Position numbers and translations under genes: made by a program. From positions 1 through 54,873 of IMG/VR virus record IMGVR_UViG_3300031576_000054: a stretch of 54,873 nt of DNA; one strand, 5' to 3'. Of this stretch, positions 32,895-41,599 are shown piece by piece (the stretch's first letter is position 1; each line of letters opens with the position of its first letter). The notes under the pieces were generated by a model. That model saw only the letters and a program-made list of their open reading frames with translations. It was not told where the DNA came from and did not search any database. Source of the DNA: a virus (lineage: Duplodnaviria > Caudoviricetes).

Positions 32895-35470
32895 CGAATA
32901 CCTCCGCCGGCAACCGCCTCCTGGAGCGCTTCGAGTTCCGTCTTTCGTTGGACGGGGTCGGCGCGAAGAGCGGCTTCCTCTTGGTCGGTCAGACCCTCTT
33001 CGTCGCCAATCGCATCGAGCAGCGCCCTCATCGTCGCGATGTCGGTGTCGGCGTCAACGTCGGCTCCTTGGGGTGTTGCCGGAGGGGACGGGGCCGCAGA
33101 CGGGGTTGGCGTTGGACGCGGCGCTGTCGGCGGTGCAGCTCTCGGTCCCGCAGCCTCCGCCGGGCCGATCCCGGCCATCTCGCGGATCAACTGGATGTCC
33201 TGGCTGGGCAATAGCCGGTAGCGGCGCCAGCCCTCGACGATCTGCTCCTCCTCGGGAGTCTGGGGACCTCCCCTGCCCTCGATCGCTGCGGCCTGCTCTT
33301 TGAGTTTGCGCGCCGGACGCACCCGCCCGGAAATCGTGGCCCGCACTTCCTGCTCGGTTCGGCCCGACTTTTCGGCGATCTCCTCGACGATGTCGTCGCC
33401 CGTCGCGCTGGCGCCGTTCTCGTACGCCTGGACCGCAATCTTCTCCATGTCGGCAAGTGCCCTGCTGCGGACAACCTCATCACGCGCAGCGGCCAAGTCT
33501 TGCGACAGCTTGAGCCGCGCCTGCGCGATCCCCTGCATGACGTTCGCCCGTTCGGTTCGCTCGCCTGCGGCCTTCACCTTGGCTTCGCGCTCGGCCTTGC
33601 CCCTTGTCGCCATCGCCATCACCCAGTCGCTCCACTGTTGACGCTGCGCCGGGTCCGTGTACCCCGCGTCGTCAAGCAGCTTGTCGAGTGCCTCGGGTTT
33701 GATCTGCTCCGGGTCGAGTCGCGGAAGCTGTTCGAGGTCCCGCTGGGCGGTCCGCTGGACTCTCCCGGCCTCGACGCGCGCTCCCGTCGCAGCCGCACGC
33801 GCGGCCGTATCCTCGCGCGCCAAGCGCGCACGCGCGGCCGTAGCCTCGATTCCAAACTCCTGCCGTTTCTTCGCGCCGACCAACGTCCTGCCCTGCATCA
33901 CGAGCTGCTTGACGATCGCAAGGCCCTCGCGCCGAGTCTTCGGATTCGTTGACCGGAGCATCTGGTTGACCTCCTTGGTCAACTGCGTCTCGGGATCGAC
34001 GATCCCCATGACCGCGTGGAGCGCCGTGATCGCCTGCTTCCTGCCGGCGGTCGCACCGCGCACCAAGGCGGCAAACTCGCCAGTCCGCATCCCCAACTGC
34101 TTCTGGGCGTTCGGGTCGAACGCGAGGTACTGAAGCCGCGGATCGCCCGATTCGAGCGCGATCTTCCGCACGTCCGCTTCGGCCGCCTGGGCGCGTTCGC
34201 CGATCGGTCGCGGCAGCTTCGCACCCTCAGCAGCACCCATCCGGTAGCCCGTCGCGGCCGACGGAACCGGCGACGGCATTTCTTTCATCATGGCCGCCGC
34301 GTTCCGATCAGCCTCCTCCTGCCGCATCCGCGCCTCGATCGCCAAGAGGGAGGGCCGGGCCTCTGGCTCAACGCGAGGAGGTTCAGCCGGAACCGCGGGC
34401 ACGCCGGCAGGGGCGGCGGGCCGAGCAACACCTTCCGGTTCGTTCTCGACCGCAGAAACACCTGGCGCACCCCTCTTCATTTTGAGTTGGAATTCCCTTT
34501 CGACAAACTCGGCACGCGACTGCTGGTCGGCATCCGGGAATGCCGTGTCAAACCGTCGTTCGATGTCGCCGAGCGCCTCCTCTTCGGTCGGGGCGACCGG
34601 CCTAGGGGGCAACGGTTCGTACTGTCCCGGCGGTTCTGGTTCCGGTTGAAGCGTTAGCGGCTCGCCGAGCGCCTCGCGGGCCTTGCGGGTCCGCTGTTCC
34701 AAGTCGGCATCGGCAACGGCCTTGCCCCATTTGGCGACGGCAAATTGGTATCGTTCGTCGCCGACCCGCGGGCGACCGGCGGGCGACTCCGGCGACACAC
34801 GAGCGGGCAGCACGGCCGACGGCTCGGCCGGGGCCTCGCGCAGCTCTTCCTCTGGCCTCATCTGAACCGCACCGGCCTCTCGGCTTTTTCGTTGACGATG
34901 AGCCAGATCGGCCTCGGCAATTTTCTGGTCCCACTGCCTTTCCACCCTCTGGTACCGCATGTCGCCGCGCTCCGGCATCGCGGATGGCAAAGCTGGTACC
35001 GGAGGGGGTGGCGGTGCGAGCCGGGCCTCGCGCGGTTTCGTCTCCGGTTCGGTCGTCTCCAGCTCGGAGCGCAACTGGTCCAGTTCTCTTCGCATCGGAT
35101 TGAGAATTGCGTCCGACTTCCTGGCCTCCGCGATGCTCGTGCTCGGCGGGTAGACCTTCAACCTGATTTCCAGATCGCTGATCCGGTTTGTTAAGGCGAC
35201 GCGCCGATTCAGGGCATCTTCTTCCTCCGGGGACAAATCGAACTTCAAGCGTGGACCTTCGACCGGAACGCCAAACATCCTGGACTTCTCTTCCCACGCC
35301 CGCTTTTCCGCAGCTCTATCGGGAGGCGGGGGAGCCGGAAACCTGGTGTCGACCTCCGGCGGAGCCGCGAGAGTCTCGTCGTCCCGGCCGAGAACCGCGC
35401 GCGCGAACTTGGCGTACGGACGACGCGCGCGACGCCCGGCAATGCTGGCAAAGTCGATGAAGTGCGGCAT
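32891..35470 (-). CDS. Putative ejection/internal virion protein (859 aa, MPHFIDF...)
   Basis: Position; helical Ala/Glu/Arg/Pro-rich composition; AGGA SD. Confidence 0.7.
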   Translation of the reverse strand: MPHFIDFASIAGRRARRPYAKFARAVLGRDDETLAAPPEVDTRFPAPPPPDRAAEKRAWEEKSRMFGVPVEGPRLKFDLSPEEEDALNRRVALTNRISDLEIRLKVYPPSTSIAEARKSDAILNPMRRELDQLRSELETTEPETKPREARLAPPPPPVPALPSAMPERGDMRYQRVERQWDQKIAEADLAHRQRKSREAGAVQMRPEEELREAPAEPSAVLPARVSPESPAGRPRVGDERYQFAVAKWGKAVADADLEQRTRKAREALGEPLTLQPEPEPPGQYEPLPPRPVAPTEEEALGDIERRFDTAFPDADQQSRAEFVEREFQLKMKRGAPGVSAVENEPEGVARPAAPAGVPAVPAEPPRVEPEARPSLLAIEARMRQEEADRNAAAMMKEMPSPVPSAATGYRMGAAEGAKLPRPIGERAQAAEADVRKIALESGDPRLQYLAFDPNAQKQLGMRTGEFAALVRGATAGRKQAITALHAVMGIVDPETQLTKEVNQMLRSTNPKTRREGLAIVKQLVMQGRTLVGAKKRQEFGIEATAARARLAREDTAARAAATGARVEAGRVQRTAQRDLEQLPRLDPEQIKPEALDKLLDDAGYTDPAQRQQWSDWVMAMATRGKAEREAKVKAAGERTERANVMQGIAQARLKLSQDLAAARDEVVRSRALADMEKIAVQAYENGASATGDDIVEEIAEKSGRTEQEVRATISGRVRPARKLKEQAAAIEGRGGPQTPEEEQIVEGWRRYRLLPSQDIQLIREMAGIGPAEAAGPRAAPPTAPRPTPTPSAAPSPPATPQGADVDADTDIATMRALLDAIGDEEGLTDQEEAALRADPVQRKTELEALQEAVAGGGIR

Positions 35471-35478
35471 GGCGTTTC

Positions 35479-36483
35479 CTACAAGCCCCCGACGCCCGGA
35501 ATGTAGTTCTGAAGGAGGTTCAACGCGAGGTCCGAGGACTGCGCCTGCGCGCGTCGCTGCTGCTCGGCCCGGATCACGGAGGCGGTCAGTTGCGCGCCGG
35601 TGTTCATATCCGTGTACCGCTGCCGTGCCATCGGACTGGCAAGGAGGCGCTCGAGCGCCACGTCGTCGAGGTCGTCGAGGTTCACGGGCCCGGGTGGCGG
35701 CAGCCCCGTCGGCTCGCCGAATCCGCTGATCCCCGCGCCGACCGTTCCGCCGCCCGCGAAACCACCGCCGCCGCCTCCGGTCAACCCTTGGGCGCGCTGC
35801 TGGCTGGCCTCGATCCTGGCCGCAAGCGTCGCGGCCGTTTCGCGCTCCCCGGACTCCGCCCGCGCCCTCTCCTGGTCGCCCCGAAGGATCTCCAGCCGTT
35901 CGCGTTCCAAGTCCATCGCTTCCTGACGCGCCAAGAGGTCGATCACGCCCTTGGAGATCACCTCGTCGGCCAGCGACCCGGCGTAGGCCGAAACCTTGTC
36001 GTAGACACCGCCCGGCATCCGCGATCCCAGGGCCGAAATCGTCCCTTCCTGCGCGGCCGACATGGTCCGGGCCTTCTGGGGCTGCATCGCCGCGATGTAC
36101 TGGGCGACGAGGTCCTGACGCGGCCCGCGGGCGATCGACTCGGACAGCGACCGAATGGCGGTCGGTGCGACGGTCGGTGCAACGCCCGGTTGCGGGCGCT
36201 GGCCGGGGATCTGGCCCGCCCTGTAGAGCTCCGAGACCCCCGCTGGGGCCCCCGCTCCGATGCCGTAGCGGGCCGTCATCTGCTGACCGCTCGAGAACGG
36301 GTCCATCAGGTCGGGCCGATACTTCTCGGTTCCGCCCGGCAGCCCCAAGAGCGCCTCGGCCTGCGTTTTCGGCGCGCCAGCGAACGCCAAGTTTTCGATC
36401 GGCTTCTGGACGTACTGCCTGATGTTCGGATCCCAAACGGTCTGGTAGCCCGTTGGCATCCCAATCCCGACTTGGTAGGTCAT
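35479..36483 (-). CDS. Putative ejection (pilot) protein (334 aa)
   Basis: Gly/Gln/Ala-rich; located after the nozzle gene. Confidence 0.7.
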   Translation of the reverse strand: MTYQVGIGMPTGYQTVWDPNIRQYVQKPIENLAFAGAPKTQAEALLGLPGGTEKYRPDLMDPFSSGQQMTARYGIGAGAPAGVSELYRAGQIPGQRPQPGVAPTVAPTAIRSLSESIARGPRQDLVAQYIAAMQPQKARTMSAAQEGTISALGSRMPGGVYDKVSAYAGSLADEVISKGVIDLLARQEAMDLERERLEILRGDQERARAESGERETAATLAARIEASQQRAQGLTGGGGGGFAGGGTVGAGISGFGEPTGLPPPGPVNLDDLDDVALERLLASPMARQRYTDMNTGAQLTASVIRAEQQRRAQAQSSDLALNLLQNYIPGVGGL

Positions 36484-36497
36484 TGCAGGATCCTCGA

Positions 36498-37145
36498 CTA
36501 CAGTCCGGCGCGCAAGCGGCGTCTGCGTTCTTCTTCAGTTTCCCATTCGGATTGCGTATCGCGCAGAACCGTCGGCGCCGTCAATCGGAATGGTGCTGGC
36601 GCCGCACCAAGAGCGGGCATCGTCGGCAACGGAGGCGGCGCGGCAAACGGCAACGTGGTCGATGGGAACGTCGGGGCCGGCATCCCCATCGCCGCCGCCC
36701 GCTCCGCCATAGCCTCTGGCGTCCTGCCGGTTGCGCCCCAAGGATCAAGGGTTGCGATGGGCGGTGGACCGACCGGCGCTCTGAGCGGTACGCCGGACGC
36801 CAGACCTTCGGCGAGTTTGCGAGCATAACTCGGCTGGGCATAGGGATCCTCGAACTGCGGAGCAGGTTCCGACTTGAAATCGCCAAACGGCATGACGTTG
36901 CCGCCGTAGCCGATCTCTCCACTCGGCTTGATCCCGTAATCACCAGACGTGGAGGCCGCAACCGGCTGCTGCCGCACGAGCGGTTTGTCCCAGGAGCCAA
37001 ATACGCGGGTCATCGGCTTAGGTGTCACCATTGGGCTTGCGAAATAGTCGGCATAAGGATCCCTCGCCGGCACAAGACCTCCTCCTAGGCCGCTGACGGG
37101 ATCGTAGGGCGCGAACGACAGAGCCCGTGTAACTGCAGGAGGCAT
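36498..37145 (-). CDS. Pro-rich putative virion protein (215 aa)
   Basis: Position; SD. Confidence 0.6.
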   Translation of the reverse strand: MPPAVTRALSFAPYDPVSGLGGGLVPARDPYADYFASPMVTPKPMTRVFGSWDKPLVRQQPVAASTSGDYGIKPSGEIGYGGNVMPFGDFKSEPAPQFEDPYAQPSYARKLAEGLASGVPLRAPVGPPPIATLDPWGATGRTPEAMAERAAAMGMPAPTFPSTTLPFAAPPPLPTMPALGAAPAPFRLTAPTVLRDTQSEWETEEERRRRLRAGL

Positions 37146-37149
37146 CTCG

Positions 37150-38703
37150 TTACCCCTCCGTCAAAGACGGGCTGTCGTCCTGGGCGTACAGGAGCGCGCG
37201 TCTCAAAACCATCGCCTTCTTGTTGACGGCGCGGAACCGCATCCGCCAGTAGTTCGCTCGGCGCGGATCGCCGTCGCGCACGACGTTGGCCGGATAGTCT
37301 ACCACGCCGTTCCGGTCCACCACAACATCGCCCCCGTAGTCGCCCCACCTGGGGCCGGTCGCTTCCAAAGTGATCGCTCCGGCCGGGATCTCCCGCCAAT
37401 CCACGTCGGTGTCCGGGTCGGCGTCGTTTGGCCCCAAGCTGACCGTGATGGTTCCGCCAGCCGACACGTCGCACATGATCCTGGCGCGCAGCGCCGCGTA
37501 GTCGCCGAACGCCTCCTGAAACGCAAGCGCGGCCGTGATGATGTCGTTATCGACGTCGGCTCCCTCGTCGTCGAAGACGGTCGTGTCGTACTTGACGACG
37601 AAGGCGCGCAGAGCATCGCCGAACAGGATCTGGCCGGTCAGGAAATACTTCACGAACAGGTTCACGTTCCAGCCGGTGAAGATCGTGACCGGCAGCCAGG
37701 GCTTCCGCAGGTGGAACACGTACACCCGGTTGGGCGTCGTCTGGCCGGTGCCGAACGGAACCGCCACCCACAGCCGATCGTCGTCGATGACCGAAGCGCA
37801 TTTGTCGATCGCCGCCTTGTTGACCGACTTCCAGTCGGGCTCGATCAAGCGCGACAGGTACTTCGGGGTCTGGCCCTCGAGCGCGTAGATCCCATCCTTG
37901 GCGACGTAGTAGATCGTCCCGCCCGCCGACCCCTTGTCGTCGAGCACGATCGAGTACGGCGCGATCGCACCGTGGTACCGCGTCCCTACCTTCCGCGTCA
38001 CCAAGTTGACCCCGGGCGGGTCGGGGTTGTTTCCAAAGATGAGGAAAACACCGCCCTCGGTGAACGCGACCAAGTAGTCCTCTAGCGACACCAGGCCGGT
38101 CGGGATCCCGTCGGCCGGCTGGACGAACGGCAGGAAGTTCGACAGATCCCAGGTCTCGCCGTCGTCCCGGTTCGAAAGAAACATACCGTACAGCGTCGGT
38201 CCGAACGCCCACAGCCGCCGCTTGTGCCACGCGAGGTATCGGAGGCTCGTCGGCGCGCCCGGCACCGCGATCGTGGCGGCCGCTACCCCGTCCCACTTCC
38301 GCATGGCCTGGCCGTTGGTCGCCATGTAGATGAAGTTCGTCCCGCCCTTGAGTGCCTCGGCGAATCCGTAGCGCGCGCCCACCAGGAGCCCACCGGTCAG
38401 GACGGTCTCGACCCCGCCGGTCAGGTTCGAGATCGTGGCCCCGTGCGTCACCACCAACTTGTCGGTGAACATCCCCTGCGACCAGTAGAGCGACTGCGGC
38501 GCCGCCCCGGTCGATAGCGCGACCGCGTTGTATTTCGAGGTTCCGAACCGCTTGACCGCATCCGAGTTTTCGATCGTGCAGTTGAGCGCACGGGTCATGG
38601 CATTCGGCGGCAGGCGCTCGGACTTGAGCCGCGACACGTACCCCATGTCGAAGCCGTCGATCCGCGCGATCGGATGGCCCGTATCGGCCGAACGGACGCC
38701 CAT
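37150..38703 (-). CDS. Tail nozzle / DNA-stabilisation protein (P22 gp10-like beta-propeller)
   Basis: HKRRLW, LSN..DGETWD, ITGL-like blade motifs, GAIAPYSI; located after the adaptor gene. Confidence 0.8.
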   Translation of the reverse strand: MGVRSADTGHPIARIDGFDMGYVSRLKSERLPPNAMTRALNCTIENSDAVKRFGTSKYNAVALSTGAAPQSLYWSQGMFTDKLVVTHGATISNLTGGVETVLTGGLLVGARYGFAEALKGGTNFIYMATNGQAMRKWDGVAAATIAVPGAPTSLRYLAWHKRRLWAFGPTLYGMFLSNRDDGETWDLSNFLPFVQPADGIPTGLVSLEDYLVAFTEGGVFLIFGNNPDPPGVNLVTRKVGTRYHGAIAPYSIVLDDKGSAGGTIYYVAKDGIYALEGQTPKYLSRLIEPDWKSVNKAAIDKCASVIDDDRLWVAVPFGTGQTTPNRVYVFHLRKPWLPVTIFTGWNVNLFVKYFLTGQILFGDALRAFVVKYDTTVFDDEGADVDNDIITAALAFQEAFGDYAALRARIMCDVSAGGTITVSLGPNDADPDTDVDWREIPAGAITLEATGPRWGDYGGDVVVDRNGVVDYPANVVRDGDPRRANYWRMRFRAVNKKAMVLRRALLYAQDDSPSLTEG

Positions 38704-39821
38704 TACCAGCCTCCCAGCCCGCTCCACATCATTTGGTCACCCGCATCGACCTCGCGGACTTGGTGGCCTTCGGTCAGGACGTAGCGGCGCACCGCTTCCT
38801 TCTGGACCTTGAGCCGTTCGGCCTGGTGCTTCTGCTCGTAGACCTGCATCATCCGCGCGTTCCCGTACCGCCCGTACGCGCGCGTCATCGCGAAGTAGAG
38901 GACAGCCGTCGCGTCGCCATAGTTGAGCGGCACCGGGTCGGTCGCGATGTAGAACGCGGCCGCTGCCGTCTCTTCCCGGTACTGCTGGTCCAGCGTTACC
39001 TCTCCGTCGCCGACCACCGACTTGATCCGGTAGAACCGGCTCGGCTCGGCGCTAAACTGCTTTCCCTTCCCGATCCACTGGCCGGGTCGGAGCTTTTTGG
39101 TCCACAGGTTCGTGACCGGTCCCGTCACGGTCGGCGAGTTCTGGGTGAACGTCGCGGTCCCCGTCGTCTCCCTGACGAGAAGGACCGGATCGGGCAGGCC
39201 GACGTACCAGACCCGCACCGCCCCGTCGGTGATGACGAACGCCGATCCGGCCGCCGTGTCCTCGTCCCAGGTACCTTCCATCGTGAGCGACGTCGCCGAC
39301 TCGACCGACAGCACCCGGCGGTAGCGCGTCGGGTCGGAGGTCCGTCCGATCGCGAATCCGGCCGCGATCCCGGCGGCAACCAGGTCGGCCCCGCCGGCGA
39401 ACGTCACGACGGCCAAACCGCGCGTGAACGTCGCGGTGCCGGTCGAGTATTCCACGACCGTCGGCCGTTGCCAGAGCCCGAACCGGCTGGCGTCGAAGAA
39501 GTAGGCGACCGGGAGCGACGTGGTCGGGAGCACGAGGCTGTAGCCGGTGAATTTCGTGTCGATCAGCCGGAGCTCGCGGTCGCGGTACCAGACCATCTGG
39601 AGCTTGTCGAGGTAGCCGGGGATGATGTCAGGCAGGTCGTAGAGTTGCTGGTTCGACTTGGCCGGAAAGATCCACTCGCGCCGGAAGCACATCGACTCGC
39701 GGGCGAGTTCGGCGGCCTCTTCGTTGATCCACGACAGGATCTCGGAGTCGTGGATGAGGGCGGCGGACTTCTCCTTGGCGACTCCGCGTACCTCGCGGAC
39801 CATTTCGTACAGCGTTCGCAC
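38703..39821 (-). CDS. Head-tail adaptor with two inserted beta-domains
   Basis: MRTL.EM...VR, SWINE, Y.LP, P.AY, AVLYFA..RAY adaptor motifs; duplicated GTATFT domain. Confidence 0.75.
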   Translation of the reverse strand: MRTLYEMVREVRGVAKEKSAALIHDSEILSWINEEAAELARESMCFRREWIFPAKSNQQLYDLPDIIPGYLDKLQMVWYRDRELRLIDTKFTGYSLVLPTTSLPVAYFFDASRFGLWQRPTVVEYSTGTATFTRGLAVVTFAGGADLVAAGIAAGFAIGRTSDPTRYRRVLSVESATSLTMEGTWDEDTAAGSAFVITDGAVRVWYVGLPDPVLLVRETTGTATFTQNSPTVTGPVTNLWTKKLRPGQWIGKGKQFSAEPSRFYRIKSVVGDGEVTLDQQYREETAAAAFYIATDPVPLNYGDATAVLYFAMTRAYGRYGNARMMQVYEQKHQAERLKVQKEAVRRYVLTEGHQVREVDAGDQMMWSGLGGW

Positions 39822-39833
39822 GGGCAGTCCTCT

Positions 39834-40190
39834 CTACGACTGCCACTCCGAGGTCGGGTCGTGAGCCATGTCGGAGTATTGGGCCTCGACGTGGATCACG
39901 GCCGTTCCGGTCTGGATCAGTCGTAGCTTGGCCGCGTTCTGGGTCACCTTCCCGTGTCCGGCCCAAGGCCATACGTCGAATGCCGCGGTCGCAGTGTCGC
40001 CCCGAGCGAAGATCCGCGGCGTCGAGCCGGTGTCCTCGATCCGGTACTTCCCGGCCGCCCCCGTCACGACCGAGACCATCAAGGTCTTGACCCAGTAGCG
40101 GTTCGACCCGTCCGGGTTGGCAACGGGCGTCGACGCGATGACCGCACTCGTAGCGGCCGAAAGCGTCACGTTCCTGTTCAGGAGCCCCAC
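39834..40190 (-). CDS. Small beta-rich virion protein (118 aa, MGLLNRNVTL...)
   Basis: GGAGGA SD with GTG start. Confidence 0.7.
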   Translation of the reverse strand: MGLLNRNVTLSAATSAVIASTPVANPDGSNRYWVKTLMVSVVTGAAGKYRIEDTGSTPRIFARGDTATAAFDVWPWAGHGKVTQNAAKLRLIQTGTAVIHVEAQYSDMAHDPTSEWQS

Positions 40191-40201
40191 GGGATTCCTC
40201 C

Positions 40202-41095
40202 CTACCGAATCGCCAAGATCGGCACGCTCGCCCTGACTGCCTCGATCAATGCGTCGAATCGCGGCAATGTCTCGTCCGCCGAAGGACCAGCGCCGACCAG
40301 AACGAGGTCCTCTCCGACGCGCGTCCGCAGGTCGTCCAGCAAGACGCAGGGCGGAACCGGGTTTGGGAAAAGTGCGTTGGCCCGGGCAGACCCGCGCCAG
40401 CGGGCGCCGAAACGCGACACCGAATTCCTCGTGAGCTGGGCCTCGATGTCCGGCCCCAGGATCGGATCGGCCTCGACACCGCCATCCTTCGGCCGGTCGG
40501 CGTCCGGCATCAACCTGATGCGAATTGGGAGAATCGACCTTCCGTGCATGTAGCACCACCCTTCGGTCGCACGGGACCACTCTTCGATCCGCGAAAGGGC
40601 GCGCTGCGCCTCCAGGACGAATCCGTGGTTCGTGTGGCAACGCTTGCCGGTGTGGTCGTTCGCCTCGAGGACCGGCATCGCGTAGTGCGTCCGGAACGTC
40701 GCGTCGGCCGCGTGCTCCGGGCCGCCGATCTCCCATGAGTAGTCGTACCCGAACAGGTGCAGCCGCCGGACCGACGGAAATTCCTTCAAGGCCAGCGAGA
40801 GAAGCGTGCCGCCAACGGTCCTGGCGTTGTCGATCACGAGTTCCGGATCCCGCCACGCCGAATCCGTGAAAGCCCGCATCGACAAGGCTGCGTGGACCCA
40901 GAACGCTACGGCGCCGCGCCACGCGAACGTCAGTGCCGGATCGGCGGACGCTGCGGCCAAAAGCGGAACGTCCGGGAACTCGTCTGGATAGACGTAGCCC
41001 GCCCCATCCACGGCGAACACGAGGTCCGGCCGGACGCCGTGGCGCGCGAGCGCGGGTACGGCGTGGTCGCACGCGAGAACAACCGGCTTATCCAT
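40202..41095 (-). CDS. Maf/DUF115 (MptE-like) family protein, circularly permuted
   Basis: N-terminus VLACDHA..AL.RHGVRPDLVFAVD; then TV, LFGYDYS, D.TG...TN..F; C-terminus RW..SA.AN...LVGAGPS. Confidence 0.75.
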   Translation of the reverse strand: MDKPVVLACDHAVPALARHGVRPDLVFAVDGAGYVYPDEFPDVPLLAAASADPALTFAWRGAVAFWVHAALSMRAFTDSAWRDPELVIDNARTVGGTLLSLALKEFPSVRRLHLFGYDYSWEIGGPEHAADATFRTHYAMPVLEANDHTGKRCHTNHGFVLEAQRALSRIEEWSRATEGWCYMHGRSILPIRIRLMPDADRPKDGGVEADPILGPDIEAQLTRNSVSRFGARWRGSARANALFPNPVPPCVLLDDLRTRVGEDLVLVGAGPSADETLPRFDALIEAVRASVPILAIR

Positions 41096-41104
41096 CCTGC
41101 CCTA

Positions 41105-41587
41105 CTACGCCACGCGCACGCCCGAAACGTAGACGATGCACGATTCGTCGGTCGAGGCCGTTCGGGTCCGAGTCACCCGGAGCGTGCCACCGGCCGCGAT
41201 CTCGTGCGCCGCATCGTCGATCGTCGTCGCCCTGGCGATCGTCGTGTCGGCGATGTCGATCGACATGGCGTTGGAAATGACGGATGCACCGTTCTTGACC
41301 TGGATGGTGCCTGCGCCGCCTCCCGCCGCCGTGGTCTTCTCCAGATGAACGTCGGTCACGCGGATCTTTACTCCGGCCGGCGTCGTGAAATCCACATCGC
41401 CGGTCGTACCGGCCGGGATCGTGAGCATGAGACGGAACGGCAGGCCAAAGTCCGACGCGGCCAGTGCGCCGGCTGCCTTCTGGGCGATGTCGGCCGACGA
41501 CCGAGTCGTGAGTTGCCGGGCCAGACGATCTTCGCCGACCACCCCGGCCAAGGCGAAGGCGTCCAGTTCCGCTTCGGTTGCGTACAT
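41105..41587 (-). CDS. Putative head decoration protein (160 aa)
   Basis: AGGAGGT SD; beta-sandwich-like, Thr/Ala-rich. Confidence 0.65.
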   Translation of the reverse strand: MYATEAELDAFALAGVVGEDRLARQLTTRSSADIAQKAAGALAASDFGLPFRLMLTIPAGTTGDVDFTTPAGVKIRVTDVHLEKTTAAGGGAGTIQVKNGASVISNAMSIDIADTTIARATTIDDAAHEIAAGGTLRVTRTRTASTDESCIVYVSGVRVA

Positions 41588-41599
41588 GTTGACCTCCTG

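Noticed and set aside
35471-36436. N-terminal 322 aa of the 1181-aa ORF
   Set aside because: Arg-rich off-frame overlap of gene 35479-36483; the true start is likely the ATG at 35470.
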